From Octopus vulgaris (taxonomy: Eukaryota): 64,000 bases of DNA. Shown here in pieces: positions 1 to 12,327 of this stretch. Position 1 is the stretch's first letter. Each line of letters starts with the position of its first letter. The notes under the pieces are model-generated. The model saw only the letters and a list, made by a program, of their open reading frames with translations. It was not told where the DNA came from and made no database searches. The translations under genes were made by a program, and so were the position numbers. The stretch covers positions 19,158,001-19,222,000 of the forward strand of contig OX597837.1 of assembly GCA_951406725.2 (NCBI GenBank). The letters run 5' to 3'.

Positions 1-221
1 TTATTCAGAAAATTGTGGAAAGACAGGAAAAAACAGGTTTTGTGAAGTTTTACAACCGTCAGCATTAGACTGGAAGACTTTGGTTACAGAGTAGGGTAGT
101 GGGGAGAGGAATGAGTGCGCGAATAATAAACACATGCATATATACACACACTTATATATAAATGCACACACGCACACATACACACACACGTATATACTCT
201 GTGCGTATGCCGTGAGTTTTT

Positions 222-810
<589 letters not shown>

Positions 811-1606
811 TATAATTTATATTATCAATATCATTTAAATCATTTTTGATTCTGCTCTATACAATTTAAAGTTTCGTAGGCTCGTTAGAGGAATCTAGCT
901 CGTCGGGCTCAGGTAGCATTTCATAGCACATATAATGCGAGTGAATTTATCCATCGATATATCCGTCTGTTACCCTTTTTGTCTCTGTGCTGAGAACCTG
1001 ACCGTAAAAATATACGAGAAACTTCCAAATATAATTCTTGGTGCCACTGATGATCGCAGCAGTTGTATTTCGTACTCTTCCATTCGTTTATTCGTTCCAA
1101 CGATCAGGCTCTCGCTAATGTATGTCATTCAGTTTTATTTCAAGATTTCTTGCCAATAGAAACCAGCTGGGTATTTTGGCATGTATGTATACGTGCAGGT
1201 TTCTGTTTTGTTTTATGCATGCATTCTCATGCATATAGTTGCATGTCTAGACATGAGCAGATATGCTTAAAGTTTGATCAAGTTTTACGGTTCCAGTGAT
1301 GGCTTGGATCTGTCGTCTTCGAATCAACTTTCTTCTTTCCGGTTTTGAGAAGCTTAATTTCTCAAGATTGATACTTAGGCAGTGTGTTACATATGTATGC
1401 ATGTATGTATGTATGTATGTATGTATGTATGTATGTATGTATGTATGTATGTATGTATGTATGCATATATGTGTGTGTGTATGTATGTGTGTGTGTGAAG
1501 AGTATAAATTTACGTCCAGCGACGGATCTTTGTTAGAAGCCAGTCCTCCCTCAAAGGAAGAATTTAATAAATAAAATCATATCACATACATACATACATA
1601 CATACA

Positions 1607-1635
<29 letters not shown>

Positions 1636-1637
<2 letters not shown>

Positions 1638-3085
1638 GACTGGGTGTTGAAGTAACGAATGAATCGTTCAAACGTGGATGTGATATATATATCGACTTTG
1701 CAAAGGCGTTTGATAAGGTTTATCACGAGATGATATGTCACAAGCTACGGAGACTCGGCATAGTCGGAAAACTGGGAGAGTGGTTACAATGACTTCTTAA
1801 AAGACAGAAGCCAGACTGTGGCAACCAATGGGACCCTCTCCACGGGGTCTGTATTAGAAAGTGGAGTGTATTAGCAAGAGGATGTGTCTTGGGGTCACTA
1901 CTGTTTATGGGAGGCCTTTCGGACCTGCTATCAGTTACACAGACAGCCACACTTACTAAGCTAGTCGACGACACAAAAGTAGTAAAAGCAGTCAAAGAGT
2001 CTTTCAATGGTAATCTTGTGCTAAAAGACCTGGGTGTCATATATAAATGGGCTGAAAAAAACAACATGCAATTATCGCAGGAAAATCCCAAGCTCTCAGC
2101 TATCGACCAGCTTGCGCTAACATTCCTCCACAAAGATACTTTGGACCAAGAGGAGCAGTAATCCCAGAGTCAAGTACAATGCATGATCTGTACACCTCAT
2201 TTCATGTGTGAAAAGTCTGGCTGCATCCGAAAAAATATATATTATGAAACAAAAATAAACACAAAATTTATTACACGAATCTGTTACCACCACGACAGTC
2301 AACTATTTGACGCCGAACACGAGTTTGATGTTGAATACATCCACAAATTTTCCGCTCAGATAGATCTTCCCAAGACGTGCAATTCATGCCTCTTCCCAAG
2401 ACGTGCAATTCATGCCTCGTTGTAGGGTTTTCCAGTTCAACTTTATCGGCCAAAACTTTGAAAATGCCTTCATCTAATGGATTCCACGTGTAAGCATGTG
2501 TTGAATAGAACTCACTGAATAAATCCTTATTAACTGTGTTGTCAATTGTATGCACCTGACATATGCTAACGTGTTTGCAGCCAGACTTTTCACACAGAGG
2601 ATACATACCACCAAGATGGTAATGATGTGTAGGCGAATGGCTGGCTGTATTCTAAGAACTTTCAGAACAAAGAACCAGAAGACTATCTGGTTCCATGGAG
2701 GACATTTGTCTTCAGCCGTCTGGATTACTGCTCTCAACTGTAGTCACCCCAACTTAAAGCCGTTCAGTGGTGCTATACCAGGAGGATTGCATCAATGGAA
2801 TAGCTGTGCTACTGGGAGAGACTCAACGAGTTACGACTCTATACCCTGGAGCAAAGACAGGAGAGATATGCGGTGGTATACACATGGGAAGATCATAGAG
2901 GGCCAAACTTTGGTATTCAAAGTTAAACCAACCTCCGAACTAGACGTTACTGCACTGTTCCAAGGGTCTCAGCCATCCCGATTAAAGAGAGGACCATGTA
3001 TTGCAATAACCTGGGATTCAGGGACCCACAGCTATTTAATATTTTGCCAAAACAACTGAGATATTTACATGGACCTCCAACTGAA
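1636..3085 (+). mobile_element. Decayed CR1/Jockey-group LINE, reverse transcriptase and C-terminal region
   Basis: Frameshifted motifs VDVIYIDFAKAFDKV (~1674), SGV..GCVLGSLLF, LVDDTK (FADD-like), DLGVIYKWAEKNNM, then RRMAGCILRTFRT, SRLDYCSQL and LYSLEQRQERY-like; about 2080-2560 is non-homologous. Confidence 0.85.
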
Positions 3086-3323
3086 CAAAATAATAAGAAT
3101 AAAAAGAAAAACACGAGTAAGATAAGAGTTAAAGTAAAAATAACATAAAATAGAACGTCTTACATTGAAACTAATACAACATGAAAGAGGTTGCGAAACG
3201 GCCGTAGCCTCATGGAAGTTACTTGCTTAAATAAATAAATATATATTCAACTCTCAAACCTTCTGACTATGTTTTTTCATACATACATATATACATACAT
3301 GCTTACACACACACGCACACGCA

Positions 3324-3500
3324 TATACGACGGGCTTCTTTTATTTTTTGTCTACCAAATCCACCCACAAGGCCTTGGCCGGCCGAGGCTATAGGGGACT
3401 ACAGACGAAGGCACCTGCCCAAGATGCCAAGTGGTGGAACTGAACCAGGAACCATGTGGTTGGGAAGCAAACTCCTTACCACACAGCCATACCTGTGCCA
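3324..3500 (-). mobile_element. tRNA/CORE-type SINE (family A), 5' half
   Basis: Reverse complement of the GGCTGTGTGGTAAG..GGTTCAG..CTTGGGCA(A/G)GTG head shared with the full copies at 33209 and 53789. Confidence 0.85.
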
Positions 3501-4229
3501 ATGGATATATTTATCATTCACACACTAACACATTCGCACACACATACAAAAACACTCGCACACGCACACACACTGCACACACTGCACACACACCACTCAC
3601 ACACCACATACACACACACCACACACACAGACACACACCACATACACATCATAGAAACACCACACACACGCACATACACACATACCGCGCACACAGAAAT
3701 ACACACATACAGGCATACACGCACCCCGTTGCGAGTGCATACACATACACACACACGCACGTACACACAAATACGCATATCGAAGGAGAGTCCAAGAGTT
3801 TCATTATTCTTATGAACATAATTCTGTTTCCTTTGGTTTTAACAGTTTTCTGTAAACGTTGATTGTCAAATATATTCGATTAAGTCTTGTAAGAGCCAAC
3901 AAGCACAGTCGGTTGCTAGCTTCCGAAATTCTCCACAAATTTAATATCTTTATTAAATAATTAATGTGTTTATAATATGGAATTTTCAAAAACATCGAAG
4001 AAAAGCAAATATGTTGCCGCCCTACGATATATACAATTCTATGCTTATGTGTGTGTGTGTGTGTGTGTGTGTATGTGAAAAAAGAAGGATTATTTCCACA
4101 CGAGTAGGGAAATAGGAAAATTGGTTTGGGGGTTGATAATGTACTTGGGTTTTAAAACGAAGTTTATTCTTTTTTAGAAAAATATTTAATTTATTTAAAC
4201 ACCATGCCAGTCTCAACATATTTTTTTAG

Positions 4230-5126
4230 TTTCAGTGGTAAATAGAAATAAGACGAAAACTTAAAATAAAGAGAATATTCAGGTAAAATATACTAAAAAA
4301 AAATCAAACGTTCAATAAGTTTTGTTGGAACATTATACGATGAAAATTCAAGTGTTCAATAAGTTTCACAGCAATAAGAAAATATGAAAGTTCAAACGTT
4401 CGATAAATTTCCTAGTAATAATACATGATAGAAATTTGAAAGTGCAGTAAGTTTTATGGCAGAGGATTTTAAAACAACTGAAAAAAAGTTTCTATAAGCT
4501 TTTTCGTGCTGTGTGAGACGGAATTGTCCGTCGTTATGTTTACTCGTTCGAATGTGAAACTTGAACTATTTATCAAGTTGATATTGCTTTATATATGTTG
4601 ATGATTTTAAGACAAAAGTTTAAGTCCGAAGTCCTAAGGCCACAGGTTTAACTCGCTCAAAGACGTCACTTGGTTTTGTGCGCCTGCGGCCTCCTAGCGA
4701 ATCTGATTGGCTCACTGTCTGGGGATGTCATTTCTGGTTACTTGTTATTGCTGACATGCATCAAATGTTCTGTTCGTTGCCTGTCTATGGACGTCATTTG
4801 GTTATTTAATGCCCCAATCATGTGTTTTTGTTTGATAGTAGGTTAGCGTTCTAGTTGACTGCTTCCCGTAAGACGTCACTTGTTTTCTGACTCCCGGTTG
4901 GCTGAATGCTCAATAATATCACTTATTTCTTCTTATGATCCAATTCACCAATCTCATTGTAACGTTAGCATATAGTGTCGAAAAAACGTAATTACTTATT
5001 GAACTTATGAGTTTTGTATTCCGGAAGAAACGTGTTACTTTTACTTTTGATTTAATTAAACATTTTTGTTTCCTCCACTTGTTTAGTTGAGTCGAATATA
5101 TTATGTTTTCTCATTCTATCGAGTTC
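4230..5126 (-). mobile_element. Probable 3' region/pLTR of the Penelope-like element interrupted by the hAT
   Basis: Contiguous with 8781-9290 once the hAT and one TSD are removed (NKEMLFIKKY|FIRTR). Contains TGACGTC/CCAAT repeats and ~43-bp degenerate repeats. Left boundary uncertain. Confidence 0.5.
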
Positions 5127-5261
5127 TTATAAAGCAGGGGTGGGCAAACTTGCTCAATGTAAGAGCCACATCCGATCAGATGTTTGTGATCCGCAGGACA
5201 TGAACAAACTTTACACATATATTTCTGTTACATTTTTGTGACAAAAATTCTATATAAAAAT

Positions 5262-5660
5262 ATTATTTTCTACTCTAGGCACAAGGCCCGAAATTTTTGG
5301 GGAGGGGGCCGGTCGATTAGATCGACCCCAGTACGCAACTGGTACTTAATTTATCGACCCCGAAAGGATGAAAGGCAAAGTCGACCTCGACGGAATTTGG
5401 GTTCAGAATGTAAAGACAGGCGAAATACCGATTTCTTTACTACCCACAAGGGGCTAAACACAGAAAAGACAAACAAGGACAGACAAACGGATTAAGTCGA
5501 TTATATCGACCCCAGTGCGTAACTGGTACTTATTCAATCGACTCCGAAAGGATGAAAGGCAAATTCGACCTCGGCGGAATTTGAACTCAGAACGTAACGA
5601 CAGGCGAAATACCGCTAAGCATTTCGCCCGGCGTGCTAACGTTTCTGCTAGTTCGCCGCC
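5262..5660 (-). mobile_element. tRNA/Nin(Deu)-domain SINE (family B), composite copy
   Basis: Head GGCGGCGAACTAGCAGAAACGTTAGCAC..GAGTTCAAATTCCGCCGAGG; the GCCTTTCATCCTTTCGG(A/G)GTCGAT..AAGTACCAG domain occurs twice. Confidence 0.9.
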
Positions 5661-5682
5661 TTATTCTATATGAATATTTAAT

Positions 5683-5888
5683 TCTTTATTGCTCACAAGG
5701 GGCTAAACATAGAGGGGACAAACAAGGACAGACAAACGGATTAAGTCGATTACATCGACCCCAGTGCATAACTGGTACTTATTTAATCGACCCCGAAAGG
5801 ATGAAAGGCAAAATCGACCTCGGCGGAATTTGAATTCAGAACGTAATGGCAGACAAAATACTGCTAGGCATTTCGCCCGGCGTGCTAA
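5683..5888 (-). mobile_element. Family B SINE, slightly 5'-truncated
   Basis: Close match to 5440-5640. Confidence 0.9.
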
Positions 5889-6344
5889 TAAATATGAAAG
5901 GCATGTATACAATAATATTTATTCATGTGTGCTGTTTTTCAAACTGTTAATTTGTATTGGTTTCAGTAATCACAAAATACACATTTATATATATATACCA
6001 AATATTTGCACAATCTTGACTGAAGATTGTCTTAACTATATTGAGCATATTTAATACGGTAATGAACTACGAGAACTTCTAAGAAAAATGTGCGAATTTG
6101 CATTTCAGTAACATAAAATTAGACTGCTAAAAATAACACCAAAAAGGACAAAAAAATATTTTTAATGGTATTTATTTGTCTTAGTAAATATCTGGTCAAA
6201 ACAGGGGAAAATATATATATAAAAAAGCAAACCAATAAAATTTGAGATATTTTTATCAGATACAGCTTTACAAAATTTGTTTTATAATATTTTAATGTCA
6301 AACAGACAATGCTACAAATATCGGACTATCAACGTCACTATTTA

Positions 6345-8246
6345 CTGCTAGCAGAGGTCTTTTGAGTCTCCATCTTGGCTTGGGTTGTTGAAAATCTGGC
6401 TGATATGTTGTTAAGGCTTTTCGGATCAGCTCCGACAGGTGTTGGTTTGTAAGGATTGCACGATGCTTCGACTTTACAAACTTCATTAGAAAGTACAGTG
6501 ATTCACAGCAGAATGTTGTGCTGGAAATTGAGATGAGTCGCTCACTAGTTTTCTTGAGTTTAGGATATTATATTTCGGGGATTTGTTTCCAGAACTCAAT
6601 TGTAGACTAGGATTTATGGATCATCTTTAGACCCAGATCCTCCTGTAATTCCATCAGTTACCTTTCCACAGCAGATGATTTCGTAACCAGAGGTTCGAGA
6701 ATTGGACATCCATCATTGACTACATCAACCATAAATGGATTTAAAAGAAAAGCGAAACAGGACTTCATCTTCCGCAAGACATCAAACATGGTTAAGAAAT
6801 TATCAAGCAGTCCTTGTAATTTATCTTTGTATTCTTCCTGATCGTGGTCTTTTAAATAATTCAATACCAGAGAATGTATTTATTCTCCTACTGATATTGG
6901 GAAAGTGACTGAAGTTTCTTGACAATATCTCTCTTTGAAAAACTCTATTTTATTCTGAAAGCTGAAAATCGTTTGAGTAAGATCAGAAACAATTCTATTC
7001 TTCCCCTGGAGTGCCAAGTTGAGAGTTTGTAGATGATTCATTATATCAGTAAAGAACATCAGATCTTGCATCCATTCATCATTCTCCAGTTGAGGATGGG
7101 ATCTTTTCTTTTCTTTAAGAAAAGTAATAATAGGCTCCAACAGATTAACAAACCTACCCAAGACATTGTTGTCTGACAGCCACCTCACAATGCCATAGAA
7201 AGAGACATCACTGAGTTTATTTTCAAGCTCCAGTTCTTCAATAAAATTTCTGAACTGTCGGTGAGTCTTCTCTTTTAAGAAAATGAAATTGACAATTTCA
7301 AGAACAGATTTCATAACACCTTCGTACTTGAAGTATCTGGCTGCCAGGTGTTCACAATGAATAATGCAACGAACAAGGAGAAACTCTGGAAAGCTGAGAT
7401 AATTTTTCATAAATGCAATTAATCCATGATATTTCCCCCACCATTCCAGGTGTTCCACTGACGAGTTTATTCAGTGGAACATCAGCATTTGTTAAGGTTC
7501 TATCAAGCGCATTTTTAATGTCAACACCACGTGTTGCTTCTTTTAATGCCACTAAGTACAGCATCTGTTCTGCTTTGTATGTATGTATGTATGTATGTAT
7601 GTATGTATGTATGTATGTATGTATGTATGTATGTATGAATATATGTATGTATGTTCTATTTGCTTTAAGATGAAGATTTATATTGTGTCATAGTGTTATT
7701 TTAATTATTCATATGTGTCATATGTTACATCAGCGGAAACATAACGAATAAATACTGCCAGTTGTGGGTTGCCTTGTTTGTTTCTTGATTCGTCAAGAGC
7801 TAAGCTGAATGCAAATGAATTTCTTAAATCATTCTAACTTTCACACTGCATCAACTTCAGCTATAATCTTAACAAATTCGCCATCAGAATAAGGGCGTTT
7901 TGCACGAGCAATATTCCATGACATAACAAAACTGGCTTCAGTTGTTGTATCAACTTCCTTACTGAACGTTGTCAACAGTGACTCCTGGCTATTTAGCGAT
8001 GATTTTAATAGTTAACTAGTTTTTCCTTAATTCTGATTTAGGTGGATAATCTTACGAAAAGCTTTTGTGATTTGTTTCATAGTGGCGTTTCAAGCTATTG
8101 GTTTTGTAAAGACTGAGTGACACATGGCAGATAAGGCACAAAGCTTTCCCTCCTCTAACGGCGAATGCAAAATCTTCCTCCCACTCTGGCTTAAAATTTC
8201 TGTTTTCATCTTCATATTTTCGTTTCTTAGATTTTGAGGAGGCTAT
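6345..8246 (-). pseudogene. hAT transposase pseudogene
   Basis: Start decayed to ATA; KKRKYEDENRNFKPEWEEDFAF..LCLICH..LKRHYETNH (BED-like finger), LALDES, CIIHCEHL, VRWLS, FFTDIMNHLQTLNLALQGK, MKFVKSKHRAILTNQHL; stops, frameshifts and an insertion. Confidence 0.92.
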
Positions 8247-8780
8247 TTTCTTTCACAAAATTTTCACAGACACTTTTAAACAAAACTGGTATCCGAAGGT
8301 CTGCACAGTTCAACGTCTTGTGTTACACTGCATTAATGTACATGATGTGAGTGCAGTCAGGCCTAGACTCATTAAGCCACCTGTGACACTCTCCCTCCCC
8401 GGTGTACCGAAACCGTTAATCCCCTTGCCCACGATCTCAGTTTTCTGACATTCCTCTGTAACCATTTGCTGACCGGAAATTTCTTTAATCTCCCTGTCTT
8501 CCACCATTCCTTCCCTCAGTACAAAAGAACAATGCCTCACTCAGATGTAGCATTAAAATTAAGATATAAAATTCTTAAATACTTTTACTAACCATGAACA
8601 TTAAACTTACATTTTAATCCAATGGGGGTCTCAATTCATACCCAGTAAATAATTATAAAGCTTGGAAGTTTTCTTAGTTTTTATATTAACTGTGATGTAA
8701 AAAGGAGCTCAGCCAACATATTTCTACGAGCCGCATATTAAAGGCCAAAGGACCGCGGTTTGGCCACCTTTGTTATAAAG

Positions 8781-9290
8781 TATTTCTTAATAAACAACAT
8801 TTCTTTGTTTTATCAGAGCTGGGTGAAGCGTTCCAATACTTTGATATAAAAAGAAAGTTTGGTGTTTGGGATTTGTTTATTGAGGAAAATATCCACATGT
8901 TTATTAATGGGTATTTTTCTTGTACTGGAGTTCGTATCTGTTGACCACGAACAATTATTCGGTGTTTCAGAGTTAATCGCGTTTGTCTTATGTTGTCTCA
9001 TTAAACCCATTGCATTTGTTAACAGAAATTAAATTTCTTGATACACAAATAAAATGACTTTTAAGGTAAACGTTTGCCCTGTCTTAAATTCGTATGTCGA
9101 GCTTTGAATGACATTGACGAAGATTCTGCAATCAGGGTGGTTAGACTTTTGAAACTATTGGACTTTTATTTTTGGTGAGTAATTTGGCGCAAATAAGTAA
9201 TTTTTTAAAGACATTCGTTCCGTTTTACTTTTCATTATATTGTGGGTTTGAGTATTTTTTTTCGTGGGTCGTTCATCAAAAAGGGGTATT
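8781..9290 (-). mobile_element. Penelope-like element (Neptune-type) linker and GIY-YIG endonuclease remnant
   Basis: Frameshift-corrected reading NIMKSK..SLK..LLICAK, KTGQTFTLKSHFICVSRNLISVNKCNGFNE-NIRQTRLTLKHRIIVRGQQIRTP-RKIPINKHVD, NKEMLFIKKY, matching C-S-NLIY-C--C-YIGQT. Confidence 0.8.
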
Positions 9291-9376
9291 CTGATACATA
9301 TGAATAATTAAAATAACACTATGACACAATATGAATCTTCATCTTAAAGCAAGTAGAACATACATACATACATACA

Positions 9377-9410
<34 letters not shown>

Positions 9411-9420
9411 CATACATATA

Positions 9421-9509
<89 letters not shown>

Positions 9510-10007
9510 ATGTGTATAACCAAGTTACGAAATAAACCACAGGCTTAACTGTCCAGTGTAAATAAGGATGTATATTAGATTATATAAACGAAAATGAATA
9601 GACGCAAATAAGAAAATTAGATTAAACTATTAGATTAAAGTTAATGTTTTTGGAACATAATACATATTGGAACTGGTTACAGGAATCAGAAGTTACAAAT
9701 AAATAAAAGTATACATACAATATTTTTAATGGATAATTTATTTTTTACGTGGCAATTTAACGGATGGCACGTTAAAAAATTGTTTTTGAAAATACACCAT
9801 CTAGTTTGGTTATAAGATCTAAGACGGTGTAATTACTGCATATTTAGTTTAAAAAATTCGGAATTTATTCCAGGAATTTTATTTGTTGAATCTATTATAT
9901 ATTTGTTTAATTATTTAGAAGACGCTGCTATAAATTGATGGAGTTGAATTTTACTTATGATCAATAATAATGGCATACAGTACGTCTTTTTATGTTTAGA
10001 TAATTAT

Positions 10008-10052
<45 letters not shown>

Positions 10053-10143
10053 AAAGTTATGTACGCCTGTTTGTATGTATGTATGTATATAGCTATTTAT
10101 GCCCGTACACACAAATACATATATATATTATATGTATATATAA

Positions 10144-10192
<49 letters not shown>

Positions 10193-10309
10193 CACACCCA
10201 CACCCACACATTCCTACACATATATGCACATACATACATATATAGAGACCTACATATATATATACAAATACAAATTCCGCAAATCTATGACCGGTCATAT
10301 GGTAAGTAT

Positions 10310-10368
<59 letters not shown>

Positions 10369-10746
10369 ACCAATGGTCTACTCAGCCTTTTTGGATGAAT
10401 GTCAAATCACGGTCATATCTTTTATCTTCATTTTGAGCACCAGTTTTGATGAAAACCTTAAACTCATTCATTACGACCCTGATCCACTGCCAGCCCTCCC
10501 CTCCTCCATTTCCCTGTTCTCATTTCCCTTTTAAACTCAGATTGAATTGTATGTCACTTCCGCCCACCTGTCTAATTCACGATGAACTGCACTGTCATTA
10601 CAATGTGTTTCTTCTTGAATTAACGGACACATATCCATATATCCATGTTGTGTCATTCATTTTCATATTTCCCTGTGTACATTCTAAATGCTTTCGGAAG
10701 AAAAATCGCCATAGAAGCAGATTTTTTCCCAACTACATGGTTCCGG

Positions 10747-11275
10747 GTTCTTCTCTCTAAATTTTGGGATTGCAAAGCAGTAATTCACTTTGAATTGTTA
10801 CCACCTAATGCAACAATCAATGCTCAAGTCTTCTGTCAGCAATTAGAGCGTTTGAACCAAGCTTTGAAGAAAAAAATACATGCTTTAGTGAATCAAAAAG
10901 GAGTGATGTTTCATCAGGACAATGCGCGACTCCACAGTGCAAAGGTCACAACACAGAAGATCGAAGAGCTTGGTTGGGAAAAAATACCTTATCCACCTTA
11001 TTCTCCTGACCTTTCTCCTTCAGACTACTATCTGTTTCGTAGTTTACAGAATCATTTGGGGGACATAGCTTTCGCAAGCCAGGAGGAGGTCGAAAATGAC
11101 ATTTCAGAGTTCTTCGCTTTGAAACCAAAAGAGTTTTACATTGATGGGATTAAAAAGCTTGTAAATAGAAGGAAGTCATAGATAATCAGGAAAAGTACAT
11201 TGATGATTAAATTTCAATTAAATATAACATTTGATCTTTATTCAAAATTCAGACAGAATTTATGGGATAACCTGA
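10747..11275 (+). mobile_element. Mariner remnant, transposase C-terminal half plus right TIR
   Basis: FHQDNARLH, PYPPYSPDLSPSDYYLF (DD34D spacing); end CAGACAGAATTTATGGGATAACCTGA followed by TA. Confidence 0.92.
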
Positions 11276-11557
11276 TATATATATATATATATATATATAT
11301 AAATTCCTTATATGGAGCTATGACATCCCCTTTACCCCATTTCTATAATTAGAAAATCTTTATTGTCTCTTTTCATTTGTTCTTCCCTCTTAGAACCTTA
11401 CAGTAGTCTGGGACAACTGAATCTTAGTCAGTCAGTTGATGGGCTCCACTACCTCAAATGTTCTTAAAATTTAAATCCACATCTTTGTCTATGTATCTAC
11501 CTTCTCTATAAAGTTGCCACTTGAAATGAAAATTTTTGTATTAATGGAAAACCTCTA

Positions 11558-11651
11558 TAATTGGCTGATGAGTGCTCAGCATTTTTTACTCTGTTGTAAT
11601 ACGTACAACATTTAATAAAATGATGTAGTGCGAAACGATCGTACCAAATTA
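11558..11651 (+). ncRNA. Type I hammerhead ribozyme, long helix II
   Basis: TTGG-CTGATGA(11565-71)-60-nt helix II-GAAA(11632-35)-palindrome ACGATCGT-A|CCAA; GUA site, predicted cut after 11643. Confidence 0.82.
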
Positions 11652-11696
11652 CCGGAGTCATTCTTGTTGCTTATTTTGATTATATATATATATATA

Positions 11697-12173
11697 TTGC
11701 CTCACGCTAGGAGGGACTTTTAAAGTCAAAACTACCATAATAACCACATTGTACCGAATGCAAGGGAATGCAACTCTCGAAGCCTCCTAAAAACGGGCGC
11801 AGCTGCATATCATATGATTTCGTAATTAGTGCACAAATTGTACTTTTTACTCGTCAGTGCAAGCATAGTCAAGACACATAAAAATAAACAAAAATCAGCA
11901 TGCCAGACGAACACCACATGTATCCAGCATAGTACATAGAAATTGTTTTCACTTATATATCTATGTAAGAGGCGGGCTTTTCGAATTGTATTTCGGTACG
12001 CGTGTTTATTCAGAATAAAATTCAGGACTGAATATATTCCGGTTAAATTTACAATTTTTGCACTAATTACGAAATCATATGATATGCAGATGAGCCTGTT
12101 TTTAGGACGCTCGCTTCGAGAGTTGCATTCCCTCGCGTTCGGTACAATGTGGTTATTATGGTAGCGTGAGGCA
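11697..12173. repeat. Inverted repeat (arms ~11697-11843 and ~12049-12173)
   Basis: Arms are reverse complements with one indel; the left arm carries the hammerhead. Confidence 0.9.
11802..11864 (-). ncRNA. Type I hammerhead ribozyme
   Basis: Minus strand GCTTGCA-CTGACGA-GTAA..TTAC-GAAA-TCATATGA-TA|TGCAGC; 10-nt palindromic helix III, AUA site. Confidence 0.85.
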
Positions 12174-12327
12174 TTTATGTATAGTAATGCCCTTAATATA
12201 AATAAATATATTTATAGGGAATAATTAATAAATTTTTTCCTTTTGGGGTTTTTCACGCTAACTACTTGATAAATTCTTATAAAGATTTTAGCCTATAATT
12301 AAATATATATATATATATATATATATA

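Larger units (their letters stand above)
5135..8772 (-). mobile_element. Full-length hAT transposon, Buster/Charlie (SPIN/GTF2IRD2-like) group
   Basis: TIRs CAGGGGTGGGCAAACT (5135) and GGTTTGGCCACCTTTG (ends 8772), 12/16 match; perfect 8-bp TSD TTATAAAG at 5127-5134 and 8773-8780 with central TA. Confidence 0.95.

Noticed and set aside
855-915. Minus-strand CCGACGA..CTAC-GAAA..TA hammerhead-like motif
   Set aside because: Core mismatch, and helix I does not pair.
1041-1182. GTGCCA-CTGATGA ... GAAA-CCAGCTGG-GTA..TGGCAT
   Set aside because: The boxes are ~105 nt apart with no helix II closure and extra bases at the cleavage site.
2365-2418. 26-bp tandem duplication
   Set aside because: Ordinary slippage duplication.
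4300-4460. CRISPR array interpretation
   Set aside because: Eukaryotic context, degenerate repeats, no cas genes.
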